A stretch of DNA of 48,185 nt from an uncultured Prevotellaceae bacterium (GTDB taxonomy: Bacteria > Bacteroidota > Bacteroidia > Bacteroidales > Bacteroidaceae), in NCBI GenBank assembly GCA_946624335.1, contig CAMOSA010000001.1, forward strand, positions 1-48,185. The letters run 5' to 3'. The number at the start of each line of letters is the position of its first letter. The first letter of the stretch is position 1. The notes under the pieces are model-generated. The model saw only the letters and a list, made by a program, of their open reading frames with translations. It was not told where the DNA came from and did not search any database. The position numbers and the translations under genes were made by a program. This document shows positions 10,172-19,666 of this stretch, piece by piece.

Positions 10172-11194
10172 ATGCATATACGTCTTAGGGTGTTCCTGAC
10201 GTCCGTCTTGACGCTCCTCGTCCTGCCTGCTACTGCGCAGAGCATCCTCGAGGAGGCCCGGCAGCACACGACCTTCGGCGGTTATGTCATTTCACAGGTC
10301 AGCGCCACCGACGATGCAAGTGCCGATAAGCAGGTCGATATGTCGTTGCGCCTCGTCAGGCTCTACGTCGACAGCCGCCTCGGCGATTTCGCCTTCAAGC
10401 TGCAGGCACAGATCAATGGCAACACCAGTTCGCTCGCCAGCCCTCGCATCGTCGACGCGTGGGTCGAATGGCAGCGATGGAAGGCGTTGCGCGTCAAGTT
10501 CGGACAAATGAAGCGTCCCTTCACATTCGAGAACCCCATGCACCCCTGGCTCATAGGCAAGGGCAACTACGCGCAGCTCACACTGAAGATGGCTGGCTTC
10601 AGCGACCGCACCGGCGAACATGCCAGCAACGGACGCGACTTCGGCTTGCAGCTGCAGGGCGACCTCTTCCCCGTCGGTGCCGACGGTCACCGCTTGCTCC
10701 ACTACCAGTTCGGTGTCTTCAACGGGCAGGGCATTAACTTTGCCGATAAGGACACGCGCAAGGACTTCATCGGGGGTGTCACGGTGGCGCCCGTCGAGCC
10801 GTTGAAGATCGGTGCCTTCGCCTGGCGGGGCAACTATGTCGCCACTGACGGCAACAGCTTTGACCGCCGCCGTCTGAGCTTTGGTCTGAGCTACGATGGA
10901 CGCTGGGCCGCACGCGCTGAGTATGCCGTCGACAATGCCTGCGGCAAGGCCGATGCGTGGTACGCCATCGTCGGCACGCCATCGTGGCACCGCACGCGCC
11001 TCTTTCTCCACTACGACGTCTACCGCGAAGCCAAGACCTTTGATCACGCCCGCTCGCTTTACGGCCTCTCGGCGCAGCACACACTGCACCCCAACCTGAT
11101 GCTGCAGTTCAACTATGACTACGCCGTCGCCGCTGCCGCTGCCGCCAAGCGACGCAGCAACAACTTCGACCTTCAACTCTATTGGAGGTTCTGA
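10172..11194 (+). CDS. Outer-membrane porin, phosphate-selective porin O/P-like
   Basis: Signal peptide ending ATAQS, alternating beta-strand pattern, and a C-terminal aromatic residue (LQLYWRF). Confidence 0.65.
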   Translation: MHIRLRVFLTSVLTLLVLPATAQSILEEARQHTTFGGYVISQVSATDDASADKQVDMSLRLVRLYVDSRLGDFAFKLQAQINGNTSSLASPRIVDAWVEWQRWKALRVKFGQMKRPFTFENPMHPWLIGKGNYAQLTLKMAGFSDRTGEHASNGRDFGLQLQGDLFPVGADGHRLLHYQFGVFNGQGINFADKDTRKDFIGGVTVAPVEPLKIGAFAWRGNYVATDGNSFDRRRLSFGLSYDGRWAARAEYAVDNACGKADAWYAIVGTPSWHRTRLFLHYDVYREAKTFDHARSLYGLSAQHTLHPNLMLQFNYDYAVAAAAAAKRRSNNFDLQLYWRF

Positions 11195-11316
11195 AAACGT
11201 ACAGCCCTGATCCAGACCCCGACCCCAGCCCCCTCTCCGTTCCCCAGGGGAGGACGTTCACCGGTCAAGACGGGGAATCGCTGCGAAGAACTTTTCAATC
11301 ATTCAACGTTTCCACC

Positions 11317-12759
11317 ATGGCAAGCAAATTCACTCAAGTAGGCACTCAGGTGCAGGCACAGCTTCAGACCCTCACGCCTCAGCAGCTTCTCGTCAGCCAG
11401 CTGACCGAGATGCCAGTCGAGGCCCTCTACGAGCGTGTCGACCAGGAGTTGAAGGACAACACCACCCTCGAGCGCGACAGCACCGACGAGTGGCCCGATG
11501 ATGAAACAGCGGCCGAATACCCTCCCGTCGACAGCTATAGCGACCAGACCGCTGACTATAGCTCGCCCGATGACGTGCCCGACCATCTGCCTGGCACACG
11601 AGCCATCCCCGAGGCCATTGTCAGCGAGACGCTCTCGTTCTACGACCAGCTTGAGGAACAGATTGGTTACCTGCGGCTCAGCGAGCATGAGGAGGAGATA
11701 CTGCGATACCTCATCGGCTCGCTCGACGATGACGGACTGCTGCGTGTGCCCCTGCAGCAGATTGCCGACGAGCTCGAAGTCTACCACAACGTCGTCACGA
11801 CGCCTGACGAGCTGCAGCGCCTGCTCACCATTCTCCAGACCTTCGAGCCTGCCGGCGTCGGCGCACGCTCGCTCCAGGAGTGCCTGCTGCTGCAGGTGCA
11901 GCGTGCCGCCGACCGTGACACGCCACTCAAGCAAAAGCTATGCGAGGTGCTCGAGAAACATTTCGACACGCTCATGCTCAATCGTTGGGACCGGATCGCG
12001 CGCAGCATGCAGCTCTCCGAAGCTGAGGTGCGACGTCTCCAGCATGAGGTGCGGCGCCTCAATCCGCGGCCCGGCAGCTCCATGGGCGAGGCCGTGGGGC
12101 GTAACCTGCAGCAGATAACGCCCGACTTCATTGTCGAGAACGATCCCTACGGCCATCTCACCATGACGCTCAACAACGGCCGTGTGCCGCCCCTGCGCGT
12201 CAGCGACGATGACCGTCGCCTGCTCCAGACCTATGAGCAGCGCGACCCCAAGACGCTCAGCCGTGCCGAGCGCGACGGCGCCAGTTACCTGCGCGAGCGT
12301 GTCGACCGTGCCCGCGACTTCATCGAGGCGCTGAAGCAGCGGCAACACACGCTGAGCACCACCATGCAGGCCATCATCAAGCTGCAACGCCCCTTCTTCG
12401 ACAGCGGCGACGAAACGTTGCTGCGGCCTATGACGCTCGACGATGTAGCACGCCAGACTGGTCTCCACCTCTCCACCGTCAGCCGCGTGAGTAACTCCAA
12501 GTGGGTGCAGACAGCCTATGGTATCTACCCCCTGCGGTGGTTCTTCACCTCTGCAGCACGACAGCAGGGCGAGGCCGTCAGCATACGGAGCATAAAAGCC
12601 GCCCTGCGCGAGATCATCGATGCCGAGGACAAGCAACACCCCCTTACCGACGAGGCCCTCACCGAACAGTTGCAGCGCCGTCACTTCGACGTCGCACGCC
12701 GCACCGTCACCAAGTACCGCGTTGCCATGGGCATACCCATCGCACGGATGCGCAAATAA
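11317..12759 (+). CDS. rpoN: RNA polymerase sigma-54 factor
   Basis: Gln-rich region I (QVQAQLQTLTPQQLL), an acidic region II, and the RpoN box ARRTVTKYR near the C-terminus. The start is placed at the ATG at 11317, because the track ORF from 11182 overlaps the porin and reads through intergenic repeat sequence. Confidence 0.9.
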   Translation: MASKFTQVGTQVQAQLQTLTPQQLLVSQLTEMPVEALYERVDQELKDNTTLERDSTDEWPDDETAAEYPPVDSYSDQTADYSSPDDVPDHLPGTRAIPEAIVSETLSFYDQLEEQIGYLRLSEHEEEILRYLIGSLDDDGLLRVPLQQIADELEVYHNVVTTPDELQRLLTILQTFEPAGVGARSLQECLLLQVQRAADRDTPLKQKLCEVLEKHFDTLMLNRWDRIARSMQLSEAEVRRLQHEVRRLNPRPGSSMGEAVGRNLQQITPDFIVENDPYGHLTMTLNNGRVPPLRVSDDDRRLLQTYEQRDPKTLSRAERDGASYLRERVDRARDFIEALKQRQHTLSTTMQAIIKLQRPFFDSGDETLLRPMTLDDVARQTGLHLSTVSRVSNSKWVQTAYGIYPLRWFFTSAARQQGEAVSIRSIKAALREIIDAEDKQHPLTDEALTEQLQRRHFDVARRTVTKYRVAMGIPIARMRK

Positions 12760-12810
12760 GAAAGACCTTTCATCTCTCATCTTCCATCTCTCATCTCCCC
12801 GCTCCTCCCC

Positions 12811-13422
12811 ATGCGCTACCTCCTCCTTGCCGCCCGATGGCTGTCAGACATATTCCGCCCTGAGTTTATGCCTGTCGTCGGTTTCGCAGCTCTCTTCCTC
12901 TTCACCTACCTGAGCCTGCTGCCGTGGGCCTTCAAGCTTGCCGTGCTTGTGCTGATTCTTTTGGGCACTATCCTGCTGCCCCGCTGGACGATCCGCTTCT
13001 GGCGGCAGTCGCGGGGTTGGGAGCGTCACCTGCTGCGCCTGCGCCGTAACCGTTATTTCCCCTACCTCATCTATTTCCTCTTCTACGCCTTCACGCTGCA
13101 CGCGCTCAGCCGTTTCCACCTGCCCCACTACATGTCGGGCATCCTCGTTGGGGCGCTCATCATCCAAGGCAGCTGTGCGCTGATCAACCATTGGTGGAAG
13201 ATCTCGGTTCACTGCGCTGGTGCCGGCGGCGTCATCGGCGCTCTGACGGCCTACAGCCTCATCTTCCTCTTCAACCCCCTCGGCTGGCTCTGCCTCTGCA
13301 TCCTCGTCGCAGGCCTCGTCGGCAGCAGCCGTATGCTTCTGCGCCAGCATGACTTGTGGCAGGTCCTGGCCGGCACGCTCGTAGGTGTCGTCGGCGGTTT
13401 CGCCGGCATCATCCTCTCTTGA
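12811..13422 (+). CDS. Polytopic membrane protein, PAP2-superfamily-like phosphatase
   Basis: About 6 TM helices. KISVHCAG and SSRMLLRQHDLWQVLAG resemble PAP2 motifs C2/C3 (SxH, SRxxxxxHxxxD). Confidence 0.5.
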   Translation: MRYLLLAARWLSDIFRPEFMPVVGFAALFLFTYLSLLPWAFKLAVLVLILLGTILLPRWTIRFWRQSRGWERHLLRLRRNRYFPYLIYFLFYAFTLHALSRFHLPHYMSGILVGALIIQGSCALINHWWKISVHCAGAGGVIGALTAYSLIFLFNPLGWLCLCILVAGLVGSSRMLLRQHDLWQVLAGTLVGVVGGFAGIILS

Positions 13423-13630
13423 TGACTATGGTCAGTTCGCGCACTCACTAAAGATGCTATACGCTGAAGATTTAAATATTATAGCCTGTAGACTTGATTG
13501 TTAAGGTGGGAAGATTTGGGCTTCCCAGTTCGTACGGGCGGGACATTCCAGCCGTTTCTTTCGAGAAAGGTGATGTCTAAATAAAGCTTAAATTTGGGGT
13601 TGATATAAGCCGTGCTTCGAGAATAGTAGT

Positions 13631-13638
13631 TATCTTTG
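13631..13638 (+). promoter_or_regulatory. Bacteroidota -7 box (TAnnTTTG)
   Basis: TATCTTTG lies 60 nt upstream of the S41 protease ATG. Confidence 0.5.
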
Positions 13639-13697
13639 CACGATTTTATCATCGAGGCTCGATGCCTTGCTTTCTACGCTTAAAACTAAAAGAAACA

Positions 13698-15281
13698 ATG
13701 AAACGGATATCATCTCTCATGCTGCTGTCACTGGCGTGTGTCGCCGCGCTGCATGCGCAGCCGGATCCCCGCGAGATGGCGGTGCGCAAGCTGCTGCAGT
13801 CGACGATCATGATCAACCAGATGTATGTCGACACAGTGAATATGGACCGGCAGGTGGAGGACGCCATCACGGGTATGCTCTCCAAGCTCGACCCACACAG
13901 CGCCTACACCAACGCCGCTGACACGAAGAAACTCAACGAGCCGCTGAAGGGCAACTTCGACGGCATAGGGGTGCAGTTTAATATGTTGGATGACACGCTG
14001 GTGGTGATTCAGCCTGTGGCCAACGGTCCTTCGGAGCGCGTGGGCATCGTGGCTGGCGACCGCATTGTCACGGTCAACGACACGTCCATCGCCGGTGTCA
14101 AGATGAGCCGTGAGGACATCATGGGCCGTCTGCGTGGCCCCAAGGGCACGAAGGTCAGACTGGGCGTCGTGCGTCGCGGCATCGGTGACGTGCTTTCGTT
14201 CACGGTGCAGCGCGACAAGATCCCGGTGAAATCGCTCGACGCGGCGTTCATGCTGCGCCCAGGTGTGGGGCTGGTGCGCTTCTCGAATTTCGCTGCCACG
14301 ACGCACGATGAGGTGACGGGTGCCATACGCGAACTGCAGCGGCAGGGCATGAAGGATCTCATCATCGACCTGCAGGGCAACGGCGGTGGTTACCTCAACG
14401 CGGCTGCCGAGCTGGCCAGCGAGTTCCTCGATAAGGGTGACATGATCGTTTACACCCGCGGTCGTGGTGGTATGAATATGGGTGAGTTCCGCAGTACCGG
14501 CGGCGGGCTGTTTACTAAAGGGCGCCTCGTGGTGCTGGTTGACGAGTACTCGGCCTCTGCCTCGGAGATTTTGGCGGGCGCCATCCAGGACCATGACCGT
14601 GGCACGATAGTCGGCCGCCGCACCTTCGGCAAGGGACTGGTGCAGCGCCCCATCGACCTGGAGGACGGCTCGATGATCCGTCTGACGATAGCGCGCTACT
14701 ACACGCCCTCGGGCCGATGCATACAGAAGCCTTACGCCAAAGGCGATGCCAAGAGCTATGCGCGCGACGTTATCGACCGCTACAACCGCGGTGAGCTGAC
14801 GCATGCCGACAGCATCCACTTTCCCGACTCGTTGCGCTACAAGACTCTAAAACGGGGCCGCACCGTCTACGGCGGTGGGGGCATCATGCCTGATATCTTC
14901 GTTCCGTTGGACACGACGCGCTACACGCGGCTCCACCGCGAGCTGACGGCTCGCTCATACGTTAACAATGCCAGCCTCCACTATATGGACGGCCATCGGC
15001 AGCAACTGCAGCAACAGTATAAAACATTTGAGGCCTTCAACACGGGCTTCACCGTTCCCGACGAGGTGCTTGACGGGATGCTGGCCGATGCGGCATGCAA
15101 GGACAGCCTCAAGGCCAAGGATGAGGCCGAGCTGACCAAGACGCGTCGCGACGTGGCCCGCATCATCAAAGGCCTCGTGGCCCGTGACCTGTGGGACATG
15201 AGCGAGTATTTTCAGGTCATTTATGATGATGACCCCGTCGTGGCCAAAGGCCTCGAGGTGCTGGGCAAGGGTGATGACTGA
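13698..15281 (+). CDS. S41-family C-terminal processing peptidase (PDZ domain)
   Basis: Signal peptide MKRISSLMLLSLACVAALHA, PDZ stretch GPSERVGIVAGDRIVTVND, DLQGNGGG, and catalytic-region motifs SASASEI / TFGKG. Confidence 0.9.
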   Translation: MKRISSLMLLSLACVAALHAQPDPREMAVRKLLQSTIMINQMYVDTVNMDRQVEDAITGMLSKLDPHSAYTNAADTKKLNEPLKGNFDGIGVQFNMLDDTLVVIQPVANGPSERVGIVAGDRIVTVNDTSIAGVKMSREDIMGRLRGPKGTKVRLGVVRRGIGDVLSFTVQRDKIPVKSLDAAFMLRPGVGLVRFSNFAATTHDEVTGAIRELQRQGMKDLIIDLQGNGGGYLNAAAELASEFLDKGDMIVYTRGRGGMNMGEFRSTGGGLFTKGRLVVLVDEYSASASEILAGAIQDHDRGTIVGRRTFGKGLVQRPIDLEDGSMIRLTIARYYTPSGRCIQKPYAKGDAKSYARDVIDRYNRGELTHADSIHFPDSLRYKTLKRGRTVYGGGGIMPDIFVPLDTTRYTRLHRELTARSYVNNASLHYMDGHRQQLQQQYKTFEAFNTGFTVPDEVLDGMLADAACKDSLKAKDEAELTKTRRDVARIIKGLVARDLWDMSEYFQVIYDDDPVVAKGLEVLGKGDD

Positions 15282-15302
15282 CGGCCGCACAGCCTTTGTG
15301 CA

Positions 15303-16535
15303 TCAGCCAAAGAAGAGCTGGGCTACGATGATGGCAGCCACGACGGATGCCAGGTCGGCGATGAGGCCGCAGGGCAGGGCATAGCGCGTGTTGCGGATGC
15401 CTACGGAGCCAAAGTAGACGGCCAAGATGTAGAAAGTAGTGTCTGTGGACCCTTGGAAGATGCATGAGAGGCGGCCGGCGAAGGAGTCGGCGCCGTAAGT
15501 TTGCATACACTCGAGCATCATGCCTCGGGCTCCCGAGCCGCTCAGAGGCTTCATGAACGCCGTAGGCAGGGCAGCGGTGATGTCGCTGTTGCCACCGCAA
15601 GCTTCGACGACCCACCCGATAGCGCCGAGTAGCCAGTCCATGGCACCAGAGGCACGGAAGACTCCGATACCCACGAGGATGGCAATCAGGTAGGGGATGA
15701 TGCCGACGGCTGTGGCGAAGCCGCCCTTGGCGCCCTCGATGAAGGCATCATAGACGTTGATGCGCGCCCTCATGCCTGCCACGAGGAAGAGGACTATGAT
15801 GCCCAACAGAATCACATTGGCCACATTGCCGGAGAACACGCCCATGGCTTCGCGAGAGAGCGCCTGTGAGGCCCATGCCATGCCGGCCACAATCACCGCG
15901 AAGAGCGCCAGCGTCAGCAGCACGGGGCGGTTCCAGAGACTGATGCGCTGGATGGCGCCCGTCACTGCCACGCCGACGACCATGGAGATTAGCGTGGCCA
16001 GGAGGATGGGCACGAAGACGTCAGTCGGGGCCGCAGCACCCATCTGGGCACGGTAGGCGAGTATGCTCACTGGCACGATGGTCAGACCTGCGGTGTTCAT
16101 CACGAGGAACATGATCATCGCGTTGGATGCCGTGTCCTTGCGCGTGTTGAGCTCCTGCAGGCCTTCCATGGCTTTCAAACCAAGTGGCGTGGCGGCGTTG
16201 TCCAGGCCCAACATGTTGGCCGAGAGATTCATGAAGATGTTGCCTACCACGGGATGACCCTCGGGGATGTCGGGGAAGAGACGGCGGAAGAGGGGCGACA
16301 GCCAGCGCGCCAGACGCTCGACCATGCCGCCGCGTTCACCGATCTTCATGATGCCCATCCAGAGTGACAGCACGGCCGTCAGACCTAACGAGATCTCAAA
16401 GCCCGTCTTGGCGGAGTCCATCGTGGCGTTCATGATGGCGGGGAAAACCTCGACATCGCCGAAAAAAGTCAGCTTCACCACAGCAACGGCGGCGGCGATG
16501 AGAAAGAAAGCTATCCAAATGTAGTTGAGTGCCAT
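15303..16535 (-). CDS. Nucleoside-recognition (Gate) domain membrane protein, fused SpmA/SpmB-like
   Basis: 410-aa polytopic membrane protein. The N-terminus MALNYIWIAFFLIA and overall layout are typical of SpmA/SpmB fusions in Bacteroidota. Confidence 0.7.
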   Translation of the reverse strand: MALNYIWIAFFLIAAAVAVVKLTFFGDVEVFPAIMNATMDSAKTGFEISLGLTAVLSLWMGIMKIGERGGMVERLARWLSPLFRRLFPDIPEGHPVVGNIFMNLSANMLGLDNAATPLGLKAMEGLQELNTRKDTASNAMIMFLVMNTAGLTIVPVSILAYRAQMGAAAPTDVFVPILLATLISMVVGVAVTGAIQRISLWNRPVLLTLALFAVIVAGMAWASQALSREAMGVFSGNVANVILLGIIVLFLVAGMRARINVYDAFIEGAKGGFATAVGIIPYLIAILVGIGVFRASGAMDWLLGAIGWVVEACGGNSDITAALPTAFMKPLSGSGARGMMLECMQTYGADSFAGRLSCIFQGSTDTTFYILAVYFGSVGIRNTRYALPCGLIADLASVVAAIIVAQLFFG

Positions 16536-16540
16536 TTTTT

Positions 16541-16627
16541 GTTAGTAATGAAGAGTGAAGAATGATGAATGAAAAATAAGAGTTACTGTTGCTTCTGTTC
16601 TCTCCCCTTTGGAGGTAGCTGGAGGGG
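16541..16627. repeat. Dispersed intergenic repeat, copy A
   Basis: Purine-rich GTGAAGA/ATGAATG tract followed by AAAATAAGAGTTAC...TCTCTCCCC..TTTGG..TAGC. The core is ~80% identical by eye to 29784-29840, and related sequence occurs at 48040-48110. Confidence 0.6.
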
Positions 16628-16758
16628 CCTGATGAATGACGCCGAGCGCACTCACGGGGATGAACAATTATAGCTTTTAATTCATTTTTAATTTTTCTCT
16701 TTTAATTTTTTACTTCCCCTTAAGAGCCGCTTCCCCGCAGGGAATGATTTTTTGTGTG

Positions 16759-16766
16759 CAAAAGTA
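16759..16766 (-). promoter_or_regulatory. Bacteroidota -7 box on the minus strand
   Basis: TACTTTTG (reverse complement) lies ~225 nt upstream of the Gate-domain gene start. Confidence 0.4.
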
Positions 16767-16807
16767 CAAAAAAAACTGTTTTTTAGGCGCTATATGCTCA
16801 TTTTTTT

Positions 16808-16815
16808 ATAACTTT
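16808..16815 (+). promoter_or_regulatory. Bacteroidota -7 box
   Basis: TAACTTTG lies 80 nt upstream of the NfeD-like gene, divergent from the box at 16759. Confidence 0.45.
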
Positions 16816-16894
16816 GTCGCCAAAGAAGGGTCACTGGAGCCCAGACCTAAGCCATAAAGGGCAGAAAATGTCCAACTTTTAAACCCGTACGAAT

Positions 16895-17554
16895 ATGTTC
16901 ACTCAAATCACTTCTTGGTTTGCCCAGCTTGATACGACGATGCAGGTGTTCTGGTCGTGTGCCATCGCTGCCAGCATTGTCTTCATAGTGCAAAACGCGT
17001 TGATGCTCATGGGCATTGGCGGTATGGACAGCGATATAGACGCCGACGTGGGCACGGACTTCGACGTCCACTCGGACTTCGATGGCAGCGACGCTGGCGG
17101 TGACCTCTCGACCGGCCACAGCGGTCACGAGGGCACGCTGGGTCCTGCCGGTATTTTCTCGTTGTTCACTCTGCGCAACTTCATCAACTTCTTCCTCGGC
17201 TTCGGCTGGGGCGGCGTCAGCCTGGCCCCCGTCATTGCCAGCAAGGGCTTGTTGCTGCTCTGCAGCGTGCTCATCGGCCTTCTCTTCGTCGCCGTCTTCG
17301 CCCTGATGTTACGGGCCATGCTACGGTTGGAGAAGAGCGGAAACTTCAACATCAGCGACTGTGTCGGGCAGACGGCCAGCGTCTACCTGCGCATACCAGC
17401 GCAGCACGCCGCAGCAGGGAAAGTCCAGATCAGCATCAACGGGTCGGTGCATGAGCTCAACGCCTTCACCGACGGCGAGCAGCTGCCCACTGGATCGCGT
17501 GTTCGTGTCACCAAGGTCATTGATGCCGGATCGCTGCTTGTCGAACGCCTGTAG
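16895..17554 (+). CDS. NfeD/YqiJ-like membrane protein, partner of flotillin
   Basis: N-terminal TM helix, an acidic loop, further TM helices, and a C-terminal OB-fold-like segment (GKVQISINGSVHELNAF...RVRVTKV). Located immediately upstream of an SPFH/flotillin gene. Confidence 0.75.
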   Translation: MFTQITSWFAQLDTTMQVFWSCAIAASIVFIVQNALMLMGIGGMDSDIDADVGTDFDVHSDFDGSDAGGDLSTGHSGHEGTLGPAGIFSLFTLRNFINFFLGFGWGGVSLAPVIASKGLLLLCSVLIGLLFVAVFALMLRAMLRLEKSGNFNISDCVGQTASVYLRIPAQHAAAGKVQISINGSVHELNAFTDGEQLPTGSRVRVTKVIDAGSLLVERL

Positions 17555-17589
17555 CAAGCTTTAAGAATAACCTTTAGCACTCAAGACTC

Positions 17590-17673
17590 ATGGGAATTTT
17601 CACTATCCTCGCGATCGTAGTCATCGTCGTCGCCTGGTGGCAGCACATACGCAATCGCCGGCGTTATAAATAA
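17590..17673 (+). CDS. Candidate 27-aa single-pass membrane peptide (MGIFTILAIVVIVVAWWQHIRNRRRYK)
   Basis: ATG-to-TAA ORF below the track cutoff. It has a hydrophobic helix and a basic tail, and fills the gap between the NfeD-like and flotillin genes. Confidence 0.35.
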   Translation: MGIFTILAIVVIVVAWWQHIRNRRRYK

Positions 17674-17711
17674 CGTCAACCCTAAACCCTCAACGCTAAA
17701 TATAAAAGAAT

Positions 17712-19079
17712 ATGGAACTTTACATCGTGATCGTGGCTGCCATCGTAGCCTTTTTCCTTGTTGTGGCGATCTTCAACCGCTATCGCCGCTGTCCTTCGGA
17801 CAAAATCCTCGTCATCTACGGCACCAGTGCCAGTAAGGGTTCCGCTAAGTGTGTCCACGGCGGTGGCACCTTCGTGTGGCCCATCATCCAGGACTATGCC
17901 TACATGAGCCTGACGCCTATCAGTATCGATGCCAACCTGACGAATGCCCTGTCGCGCCAGAATATCCGTGTCGACGTACCCTGTCGCTTCACCGTCGGCA
18001 TCAGTACCGAGCCTGACTATATGCAGGCCGCTGCCGAACGTCTGTTGGGGCAGACACCGCAGCAAATCCAGGAGCTTGCACGCGACATTCTCTTCGGACA
18101 GCTCCGTCTGGTCATCGCCACGATGTCGATCGAGGAACTCAACTCCGACCGCGACAAGTTCCTTGAGGCCATCTCTACCAACGTCGAGGTTGAGCTGAAG
18201 AAAATCGGCCTCCGACTCATCAACGTGAACGTCACTGACATCAAGGACGAGAGCGGATATATCGAGGCCCTCGGACGCGAAGCCGCTGCCAAGGCCATCA
18301 ACGAGGCCAAGGTGCGTGTGGCCGAGCAGGACAAGATCGGTGAGATCGGTAAAGCTGAAGCTGTCCGGGAGACACGCGTTCGTACTGCCGAAGCCAACGC
18401 TCAGGCCGTCAAGGGCGAGAACGAGGCCAAGGTAGAGATTGCCAACTCTGAAGCCTACCGCCGCGAGAAGGAGGCAGAGGCACAGCGCAAGGCACAGGCC
18501 GCAGAGAAGGTGCAGCAGGCACGGGCTCTCGAGGAAGCATACGCCGCCGAGCAGGCTGCGGAGACAGCACGTGCTGAGCGTGAACGTGCCACCGAGACGG
18601 CCAACGTCATCGTGCAGCAGGAAATCGAGAAGCAGCGACTCATCATCGCTGCCGAGGCCGAGGCCGAGCAGAAACGTGCCATCGCACGAGGCGAGGCCGA
18701 TGCCGTCTTCGCCAAGATGGAAGCCGAGGCAAAGGGCCTCTACGAGGTGCTGACACGCCAGGCGCAGGGCTACGACAAGATGGTGCAGGCGGCTGGAGGC
18801 GATGCCACATCGGCTTACTCGCTGCTGCTGCTCGAGAAGCTGCCCGAGCTCGTCAAGACCCAGGTCGAGGCCATCAAGGGCATCAATATCGATAAGGTCA
18901 CCGTATGGGACAGCGGACAGGCAACGGCCGACGGCAAGAGCTCTACGGCCAGTTTCGTCAGCGGACTGATGAAATCTATACCTCCCCTCAATGACCTCTT
19001 CGATCAGGCTGGACTCAACCTACCTGAGTACTTGGCCAAGAAAAAGGCTGAGCGTGATGGAGAGACGTCGGAAGGTTGA
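17712..19079 (+). CDS. Flotillin / SPFH (band 7) domain protein, YqiK-like
   Basis: N-terminal TM helix, an SPFH domain, and a long Ala/Glu-rich coiled coil (EAEAQRKAQAAEK...). Confidence 0.88.
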   Translation: MELYIVIVAAIVAFFLVVAIFNRYRRCPSDKILVIYGTSASKGSAKCVHGGGTFVWPIIQDYAYMSLTPISIDANLTNALSRQNIRVDVPCRFTVGISTEPDYMQAAAERLLGQTPQQIQELARDILFGQLRLVIATMSIEELNSDRDKFLEAISTNVEVELKKIGLRLINVNVTDIKDESGYIEALGREAAAKAINEAKVRVAEQDKIGEIGKAEAVRETRVRTAEANAQAVKGENEAKVEIANSEAYRREKEAEAQRKAQAAEKVQQARALEEAYAAEQAAETARAERERATETANVIVQQEIEKQRLIIAAEAEAEQKRAIARGEADAVFAKMEAEAKGLYEVLTRQAQGYDKMVQAAGGDATSAYSLLLLEKLPELVKTQVEAIKGINIDKVTVWDSGQATADGKSSTASFVSGLMKSIPPLNDLFDQAGLNLPEYLAKKKAERDGETSEG

Positions 19080-19132
19080 AAAGTGGAAAAGTGGAAACCT
19101 GGAAAGGTTGAGATATTGAAATATTGAAAAGC
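19071..19132. repeat. Short purine-rich tandem repeats (GAAAAGTGGAAA / ATATTGAAA)
   Basis: Sequence is GAAGGTTGAAAAGTGGAAAAGTGGAAACCTGGAAAGGTTGAGATATTGAAATATTGAAAAGC. Same family as the array at 29606-29750. Confidence 0.7.
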
Positions 19133-19642
19133 TATTCGACGATACTGATCATGATGGTCTGCCTCGCTGGGCTGAGCGCTCGGGGGCAGACCTTTGCGCT
19201 ACAGCGGCAGGCTGATTCGTTGTCGCTGCTGACGCTGCAGAGCCGTGAGGGGCATGACGTGTGGCGGCTGCCTTATCCCACATATGCTTTTGCCACGGGT
19301 GATGTCGATGGCGACGGACGCTGCGATGCCCTCGTCGGCGTGGTCAAGCCCACGCGCTACGACCGGCGTATGGCGCGCCGCCTCTTTGTCTTCCACGAAA
19401 CACACGGGCGTGTGCGGCCCCTCTGGCTCGGCTCGCGCCTCTCGGCCGAGCTCTACGACTTCACCTTTGCCGACGGACGCGTCATCACCCTCGAGCAAGA
19501 ACGCGACAGCTCGTGGTTCGTAGCGGCTTACCAGTGGGATCACTTTGGCTTTGTCCTCACCGACTACCTGCAGCGCGATGCCGAGCGAGCCAAGGTGATG
19601 ACCTTCTTTGAGGAAATGAAAAAGGAAAACAGGACACATTAA
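19124..19642 (+). CDS. Secreted hypothetical protein with one FG-GAP/VCBS-like Ca-binding motif
   Basis: Signal-like N-terminus and the motif GDVDGDGRCDALVG. The track start is TTG, and the ATG at 19151 is an alternative start. Confidence 0.55.
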   Translation: MKSYSTILIMMVCLAGLSARGQTFALQRQADSLSLLTLQSREGHDVWRLPYPTYAFATGDVDGDGRCDALVGVVKPTRYDRRMARRLFVFHETHGRVRPLWLGSRLSAELYDFTFADGRVITLEQERDSSWFVAAYQWDHFGFVLTDYLQRDAERAKVMTFFEEMKKENRTH

Positions 19643-19666
19643 GTTATATATAAAAATGTATTGCTT

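Noticed and set aside
11182-11316. N-terminal 45-codon extension of rpoN in the ORF track (start at 11182).
   Set aside because: The extension overlaps the porin stop and reads through Pro/Asp-rich and SFNVST-type repeat sequence. The ATG at 11317 gives a canonical sigma-54 region I start.
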